64,000 nucleotides of DNA from Alphaproteobacteria bacterium (lineage in GTDB: Bacteria > Pseudomonadota > Alphaproteobacteria > UBA828), in assembly GCA_965237415.1 (NCBI GenBank), contig CBDEFM010000002.1, positions 3,904,001 through 3,968,000 on the forward strand, in the 5' to 3' direction. A program made the position numbers and the translations under genes. Under the pieces are notes generated by a model, which saw only the letters and a program-made list of their open reading frames with translations, was not told where the DNA came from and searched no databases. Positions 58,356 through 64,000 of this stretch are shown piece after piece (the first letter of the stretch is position 1; each line of letters begins with the position of its first letter).

Positions 58356-59624
58356 CTATTCCGCCGCGCTCACCAGCGCCGTGTAGCCGCCGTCGCGCGG
58401 CTCCCTGCTGCGCGAGGCGCTCTCGCGCAGGGCTTCCTCGCCATCCTGGCGGCGCCTGGCACGGGCCTCGTCGTCTTCGCTCAAGAGTTTGTCGAGATAG
58501 TAGTTGAGAAGATGATGGATGGCGCGCTCCAGCTTGACCGTCGGCCCCGGCCGGAAGGCGCGCGAGCCGACGCCGTTCTGGAGCGATTCCAGCATCGCCC
58601 GGTCCTCGTTCGCGACCAGCCGGATGAAGTCGGCATAAATCTGGCTCTTCTCCTCGAAGGCCGGCTCGTCGAAATAGGCGTCGGGCAATTGCGTGTAGAT
58701 GATGATCTGGGTGGTGGTGTGGTCGATCGGCAGCGCCACCCAAGGCTGGATCAGGTCGTGGCGGCCGAAGATGTTCATGGTCGGCCGGATCCACGTGGTG
58801 CACGCGAACTTGTCCGTCACCTTGCCCTTGAGCCACGGCATGGTGTCGAAGAGCGTGACGCCGTTCGGCGCCATGGTGAAGCTCTCGTAGGCGGCGTTGT
58901 AACCGTTCTTCTGCAGGTTGAAGCGGAAGTCGTTGACCGGGAAGTGCCCGCCGAATGACTCATTGTGGATCACGCCGACGTGGTACATGTCCATCAGATT
59001 CTCGGGGATGAACTTCCAATTGCACGGCACGTCGAAGACGTACTTGTCCGATGTCCGCGTGTTCTCCGGCTGCAGGAACGCCGCGAACTCCCTGATCCCG
59101 TCCTCGTCCAGATAGTCTGCGAGGCTCGGGCAGTCGGGGTCGAAGTTCACGAAGATGTAGCCGCCCCACGTATCGAGATTGACCCGCGGCAGCGCGCACG
59201 ATGCGAAGTCGAAGCCTTCGACCTCCTTCGAGTGCGGCGCGCCGAGCAGCTTGCCCTCCAGGTCGTAGACCCAGGAGTGATAGGGGCAACGGAAGCTCTT
59301 GCACGTCCCTTCGCCGGTCGCGACCTCGACGCCCCGGTGCCGGCAGACGTTGTTGAAGGCGTTAAGGGCGCCGTTGGCGTCGCGACAGACGAGCAGGGGC
59401 TCGCCCGCGATCCGCATGGCCCGGTAGTCGCCTTCGTTCTCGAACTCCTCCACGCGGCCGACGCAGAGCCACTCCTTCATGAAGATGGTTTCGACCTCGT
59501 AGTCGAAGATCTCGGGCGCCGTGTAAAGGAAGCCCGGCAAATGCCGCGCCTGGCCGAGGTTCCGGCGCGTCTCCCTGATCGCCTCGAGAATGCTCTCGTC
59601 GAGCGTGACGCCCCGATTCTGCAT
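58356..59624 (-). CDS. Rieske non-heme iron oxygenase alpha subunit
   Basis: CRHRG and CPYHSW Rieske ligands; NWK..ENLMDMYHVGVIH and NED iron site. Confidence 0.93.
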   Translation of the reverse strand: MQNRGVTLDESILEAIRETRRNLGQARHLPGFLYTAPEIFDYEVETIFMKEWLCVGRVEEFENEGDYRAMRIAGEPLLVCRDANGALNAFNNVCRHRGVEVATGEGTCKSFRCPYHSWVYDLEGKLLGAPHSKEVEGFDFASCALPRVNLDTWGGYIFVNFDPDCPSLADYLDEDGIREFAAFLQPENTRTSDKYVFDVPCNWKFIPENLMDMYHVGVIHNESFGGHFPVNDFRFNLQKNGYNAAYESFTMAPNGVTLFDTMPWLKGKVTDKFACTTWIRPTMNIFGRHDLIQPWVALPIDHTTTQIIIYTQLPDAYFDEPAFEEKSQIYADFIRLVANEDRAMLESLQNGVGSRAFRPGPTVKLERAIHHLLNYYLDKLLSEDDEARARRRQDGEEALRESASRSREPRDGGYTALVSAAE

Positions 59625-59702
59625 CACTCAATTTCCCCCTTTGTTTGCCATTTCCGCCAGTATAGCGGCCCGCCCCCGGCGAGTCCGCAGGCGCCGACGC
59701 GT

Positions 59703-61019
59703 CTACACAGGGCAGCGGGTGAGCAGGCGGCCCTCGTCGTCGAAGCGGAGCGCTTCTGCCTCCCCCAGCACCGTTCCGTCGCCGTTCAGCTCGGCGGCGA
59801 GCGGCGGCGAAACGAGTATCGTCTCCAGATGCAGGGTCGAGCGGATCAGGCAAAGCCGCGCCTCGGCCCCGTCGAGCCGCCAGCTGGTGCCGACGGCGGC
59901 CTGCAGCGCCGCCTTGTCGCTCGCGAGCACGGCCGGGATTCGCACCCGCTCGGTAAACGTCGCGGTGCAGGCGTTCATATACATGGCATAGAGGTCGAGT
60001 TGGTCGGCGACCGCCTTGGTCGTGTAGTCGGCCGAGCCTACGCCGAGACCGTTGCCGTGGGTCTCCGGCGTCAGCCCCAGCACCACCAGCTTGCTGATCA
60101 CCGGTGCCGGCGGGTTCGGGCGCCCGCGGATGTCGTAGCGCGCGGTGACCGCAGGATCCATGCCGGTGCCGGAGATGTTCTTGCCGAGCCTTTCCACCGC
60201 GAGCACGTCGATCTGCTCGAAGGGGAGCTTGGGGATGCAGCCCTTGGCCGTCTTCAGCAGGCGGGCGTCGGTCTCGTAGAAGGCCTCGGGCTCGGCGCCT
60301 TCGATCACCGCCGCCTCGCGCGCGGCGTTCTCGACGATGGCGATGCCGTAGGCGACCGGGGCCTCGCGGATGACGATGCGCGCCCACTCGGGCAGCACCT
60401 CCATGTAGCCGCGCACGCCGAGGCGATGCACAAAGCGTGCGCCCTCGGCCTTGCCGAGGCCGATGGCGACCATCTTGGTGAGCCCGCTCTCCACCTCCCG
60501 GTCGAAGGAGGTGTGAGACTTGACCCGGCCCACCACCAGCACGGCGTCGGCCTCGAAGGCGCGGCGGTCGAAATGGACCGCTATGCCCGCGCTGGTTTCG
60601 CCCAGCCGCACGACCTCCATGCTGGCCTCGATGGGGCAGCCCATGGCCTCTTCCGTGAAGCCGAGCTCGGCCAGCAGCGTCACCTGGCCGGTGGCGACGG
60701 CGCCGCCGTGACTGCCCATCGCCGGCACGATGAAGGGTGCGAGCTCGCGGTCCTTGAGCCAGGCGACCGCAGCCTTGACCACCGCGGGCTTGCTGCGGAT
60801 GCCCCGGCTGCCGCACGTGATCGCCACGCGCGCGCCTGCCGCGAGCGCGGTGAGCCGCTGCGAGGCATCGAGGGCCGCGCGGGTGGCGGCGGCTACGTCG
60901 TCGAGCGCCGGAACGTCGGGGTGACGCAGCGCCACCGGCATCACCGGCGGCAGCGGCTCGCTCTCGAACTGCGGCAGCGCGATGGCGGGGAAGGTCGGGC
61001 TCGGCGTGTTCAGGGTCAT
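59703..61019 (-). CDS. Lactate racemase (LarA) N-terminal domain / DUF2088-DUF362-like protein
   Basis: GSRGI, PAMGSHGGA, RVKSHT.F, ESGL.KM..IGLGK, GKNISGTGMD. Confidence 0.78.
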   Translation of the reverse strand: MTLNTPSPTFPAIALPQFESEPLPPVMPVALRHPDVPALDDVAAATRAALDASQRLTALAAGARVAITCGSRGIRSKPAVVKAAVAWLKDRELAPFIVPAMGSHGGAVATGQVTLLAELGFTEEAMGCPIEASMEVVRLGETSAGIAVHFDRRAFEADAVLVVGRVKSHTSFDREVESGLTKMVAIGLGKAEGARFVHRLGVRGYMEVLPEWARIVIREAPVAYGIAIVENAAREAAVIEGAEPEAFYETDARLLKTAKGCIPKLPFEQIDVLAVERLGKNISGTGMDPAVTARYDIRGRPNPPAPVISKLVVLGLTPETHGNGLGVGSADYTTKAVADQLDLYAMYMNACTATFTERVRIPAVLASDKAALQAAVGTSWRLDGAEARLCLIRSTLHLETILVSPPLAAELNGDGTVLGEAEALRFDDEGRLLTRCPV

Positions 61020-61068
61020 GGTGGCACGATACACCAGAGCGGCGCCGGTCAGAACGTCGGCTTACGGA

Positions 61069-61494
61069 TTAGTGGAGCGGCCCCGGCGGGCGCTCGCTAG
61101 TGCGGGGCGCGGGCTGGGCTTGCCCGGCGGGTCCGGCCTGATGGTGGACCATGAGCCAGCCGGCCGGCTCGCGTGCGAAGACGTTGGTGGCAATCAGCTG
61201 GCCCTGCTCCAGAACCTCGCGGCAGATCACGAAGGCGCTCGGTCCGAGGACGAACGCCCGCGGCCCCTCGCAGCGGATCTGCGGCGCGCCCGCACCGCCG
61301 AGGATCGCAGCCCAGCTCTCCATCACCATGTCGCGCCCGACCAGCGCGTCCCAGCCCGGATGAATGCAGGCCACAGGCGCTTCTCTGGCCCAGAGCGCAT
61401 CCATCGCCGCGAGGTCGCGGGTGGTAAAGGCACGGTAGAACTCCTGATTGGCGGCGAGCACCGCTTCTTCGTCCGACGTCGCTTGGTCCGGCAT
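61069..61494 (-). CDS. SnoaL/NTF2-like protein
   Basis: ANQEFYRAF..RDL.AM..LW, CIHPGW, ATNVF, MVHH. Confidence 0.88.
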   Translation of the reverse strand: MPDQATSDEEAVLAANQEFYRAFTTRDLAAMDALWAREAPVACIHPGWDALVGRDMVMESWAAILGGAGAPQIRCEGPRAFVLGPSAFVICREVLEQGQLIATNVFAREPAGWLMVHHQAGPAGQAQPAPRTSERPPGPLH

Positions 61495-61515
61495 GGCCGC
61501 TCCTCCTCGCGCCTC

Positions 61516-63129
61516 TCAGCCGCGCAGCGCCTCGTATTGGGCGTTGTAGGCGTCGGGATCGACCGTCACGTCGACCAGTGCCGGCCCGTCGTGCGCGAAC
61601 GCTTGCGCGAGCGCCGGGGTCAGCGGCTCGGTCGCGTCCACGCGCCAGCCCTGGCATCCGAGACCCTGCGCGACGGCGGCATGGTCCATCGCTCCGAAGC
61701 GGACGCCCCGGCTCTCCCGCTGCTGCCGCTGTTGCTTGATGTCGATGAGGGAGAGCCTGGAATCGTTGAACACCACGACCACGATGCGGCAGCCGAGGCG
61801 GGCGGCCGTCGCAAGCTCCGCGAGGCACATGTGCAGGCCACCGTCGCCGGTCATGGCGATCACCGGGCGCGCCGGCTCCTCCAGCGCTGCGGCGATCGCC
61901 GCCGGCAGCGCAAAGCCCATGGTGGAGAGGCCGTTCGACTTCAGCACGTCGTTGGGCTCGTCGGCCTGCCAGAGGCCCATGGCCGAGAACATGTGCGCGC
62001 CGGAATCGACGGTAAGCCGCGCCCCTGCCGGGGCGACGCGGCGCACGGCCGTCACCACGTCCTCCGCCGTGCGTCCGCCGGGGCCGGTCATGGCGAGGCC
62101 GGCACGAAGCCGGCTGCGGAGCGCGGCGATCTCCAGCTCCGACCAGCCCGCCGGCCGCGCGTTCTCCATCAGGGCCACGGCGGAGCGGTCGAGGGCACCC
62201 GTCAGCACCGCCGTCGGCACGGCCGGATAGTCGTAGCCGTCGTGAGCCGCGAGGGCGAGAATTCGTCCCTCGAAGCGCCAGGGCCCGGGGAGCAGTTCCA
62301 CCGGATCGAGGCCGAAGAAGATCAAGAGGTCGGCCCGGTCGAGGCAACGCGCATCGGCCGAGGCCCCGGTGAAGCAGCCGACGGCGAGGCGATCGGCGTC
62401 GGCGATCGCGCCCTTGGCCTTGTAGGTGGTCATCACCGGGCAGCCGAGCGCCTGCGCGAGCACTCTCAGCGCCGCACTCGCCGCCCGCCCGCGTGCCTCC
62501 ATGCCGGCGACGATCAGGGGCCGTGCCGAGGCGGCGAGCAGGCCGCGCGCCTCGGCCAGCGTGACGAGATCGTACGACTTGTCGGCCGTCTTCGCCGTCT
62601 TCCGCTTGCCGGAGGCGGGCGCGGCGGGGGCCGTGGCTGCCGCGGCCGTTAGGTCGAGCTGCACGGGGCCCGCCGGGTGCGCCGCCGCGGTATCGAGCAG
62701 CGAGTCGATCTCGCCCAGCCCGCCGCCGGGCGCCGGTTTCGCGTAGGCCTTGACCAGGGGCGCGAAGAGGGCGCGCTGGTCGAAACGCTGGTGCAGGGCG
62801 TGGTGGCCCGGCGCGGGCTCCGCGAGCGCATCGGTGACGAGAAGCACGGGCGCCCGCTCCAGCGCGGCGTAGGCGATGCCGTTGACGGCGCTTGCGGCAC
62901 CCGGCCCCACGCCCGTCACCGCCACACCGGGCGCGCCGCCGAGCTCGGCGGTGACCGCCGCCATCAGGGTGGCCGCGGTCTCGCCGTGGGTGAGCACGAA
63001 GTCGATGCCCTCTGCGGCGAACGCATCGATGACATCGAGACTGCTGGCTCCGCCCGGCACGCCGAAGGCGCGGCGCACGCCCCGCGCCCGGCACGCCGCC
63101 GCGAGGCCCTGGGCGAGCGTCTGTGCCAT
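61516..63129 (-). CDS. Thiamine pyrophosphate-dependent enzyme (acetolactate synthase-like)
   Basis: FGVPGG, HGE..A, GPG, SNGLSTMG, GDGG..N TPP motif. Confidence 0.9.
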   Translation of the reverse strand: MAQTLAQGLAAACRARGVRRAFGVPGGASSLDVIDAFAAEGIDFVLTHGETAATLMAAVTAELGGAPGVAVTGVGPGAASAVNGIAYAALERAPVLLVTDALAEPAPGHHALHQRFDQRALFAPLVKAYAKPAPGGGLGEIDSLLDTAAAHPAGPVQLDLTAAAATAPAAPASGKRKTAKTADKSYDLVTLAEARGLLAASARPLIVAGMEARGRAASAALRVLAQALGCPVMTTYKAKGAIADADRLAVGCFTGASADARCLDRADLLIFFGLDPVELLPGPWRFEGRILALAAHDGYDYPAVPTAVLTGALDRSAVALMENARPAGWSELEIAALRSRLRAGLAMTGPGGRTAEDVVTAVRRVAPAGARLTVDSGAHMFSAMGLWQADEPNDVLKSNGLSTMGFALPAAIAAALEEPARPVIAMTGDGGLHMCLAELATAARLGCRIVVVVFNDSRLSLIDIKQQRQQRESRGVRFGAMDHAAVAQGLGCQGWRVDATEPLTPALAQAFAHDGPALVDVTVDPDAYNAQYEALRG

Positions 63130-63147
63130 AGGATTCGCGCGGTGCCG

Positions 63148-64000
63148 CTAGGGGATCAGCACCGCGCGGCCCTTGACCGTGCCGGCGTGGAGGTCGTGCA
63201 GCGCCCGGTTGGCGTCGGCGAGCGCGTACTCGCGGGTAGCCAGCGTCACCAGCCCCCGGTCGGCAAGCGCCATGAGCTCGACCAGCTCCGCATAGGTGCC
63301 CACCAGATTGCCGACGATGGTCTTCTCCGAGACGATCATGTCGATCGCCGGGATCTGGACGCGGCCGCCGTAGCCCACGATGTAGTAGAAGCCGTCGTTC
63401 CGCGTCATGGCGAGGCCCTTGTCGATGGCATCGCCCTCGCCGACGAAGTCGATCACCGCTTCCGCGCCGTGCCCGCCGGTGAGCGAGAGCACCTCGTCCA
63501 CCGCGCCCTCGTCGGCGCGCAACACGTGGTGCGCGCCGCATTCCTTGGCGAGACCCAGCGCGAGGTCGGAGCGGTCGAGCACGATGATCTCGGCCGCGCA
63601 GAGCGCCGCAAGGGACTGGATACCGATGTGGCCGAGCCCGCCGGCGCCGATGATCACCGCGTATTCGCCCGGCACCAGATGCGCGGCGGCCTTCTTGGCG
63701 ACGCGGTAGGCGGTGAGGCCTGCGTCGGTATAGGGGGCCACGTCCTTGGGCGCGAGGCTCTGGGGCAGCTTGATCAGGGCGCGCTCGCCGGTCAGCAGAT
63801 AGTCGGCGTAGCCGCCGGCTGCGTTGATGCCGGGGAAGCTGCTCTCGCTCGCGTGCATGTCGTTGCCGCGCCGGCAGGCGAGGCAGTGGCCGCTGGTTAC
63901 CAGCGGGTGGCAGATCACCGCGTCGCCGACCTTGACGCTTTCCACGCCTGAGCCGACCTCTTCCACCCAGCCCGCGTTCTCGTGCCCCATGATGTGGGGG
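63148..64000 (-). CDS. Zn-dependent NAD(P) alcohol dehydrogenase (5' part outside window)
   Basis: GHE, DAGLT.Y, GAGGLG, GRAVLIP. Confidence 0.92.
   Translation of the reverse strand, partial: PHIMGHENAGWVEEVGSGVESVKVGDAVICHPLVTSGHCLACRRGNDMHASESSFPGINAAGGYADYLLTGERALIKLPQSLAPKDVAPYTDAGLTAYRVAKKAAAHLVPGEYAVIIGAGGLGHIGIQSLAALCAAEIIVLDRSDLALGLAKECGAHHVLRADEGAVDEVLSLTGGHGAEAVIDFVGEGDAIDKGLAMTRNDGFYYIVGYGGRVQIPAIDMIVSEKTIVGNLVGTYAELVELMALADRGLVTLATREYALADANRALHDLHAGTVKGRAVLIP

Noticed and set aside
58965-63541. Long alternative-frame or antisense ORFs (711, 556, 814 aa)
   Set aside because: Arg/Ala/Gly-rich shadows overlapping genes with clear motifs.

Overview
High-GC alphaproteobacterial chromosome segment. 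The gene orders infB-rbfA-truB-rpsO-pnp, uvrC-pgsA-mobB-moeA-moaD-moaE and ilvE/marR-ompR-envZ suggest a Rhodospirillales-like organism (inference). Core blocks alternate with accessory regions. (1) 6.8-9.7 kb is a decayed insertion hotspot: IS remnants, the 3' end of a tRNA-fMet, and an in-frame opine-dehydrogenase/ABC-permease deletion chimera. (2) 14.4-17.5 kb is an islet with a YjzC-like small protein, an AT-rich ClpP-fold gene, a REP-like palindrome and a solitary Mu gp27 (DUF3486)-like gene ending in a telomere-like (A)ATCCCACTT array. (3) An LPS glycosyltransferase patch. (4) A 5-kb cassette bounded by a 24-bp direct repeat, carrying a cobalt-type three-subunit nitrile/thiocyanate hydratase. 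(5) A probable pyridine/pyridinium catabolic region (TgnB/TgnD-like pair, TorT-like ABC transporter, NicX-like dioxygenase, Rieske oxygenase). The most novel signal is a 243-bp gene-less sequence at 42178-42420 that shares four blocks with the gp27 locus at 16198-17500, in inverted orientation. This suggests an undescribed dispersed element family with a G-quadruplex-competent end. All product calls come from motif recognition by eye; no database searches were run.
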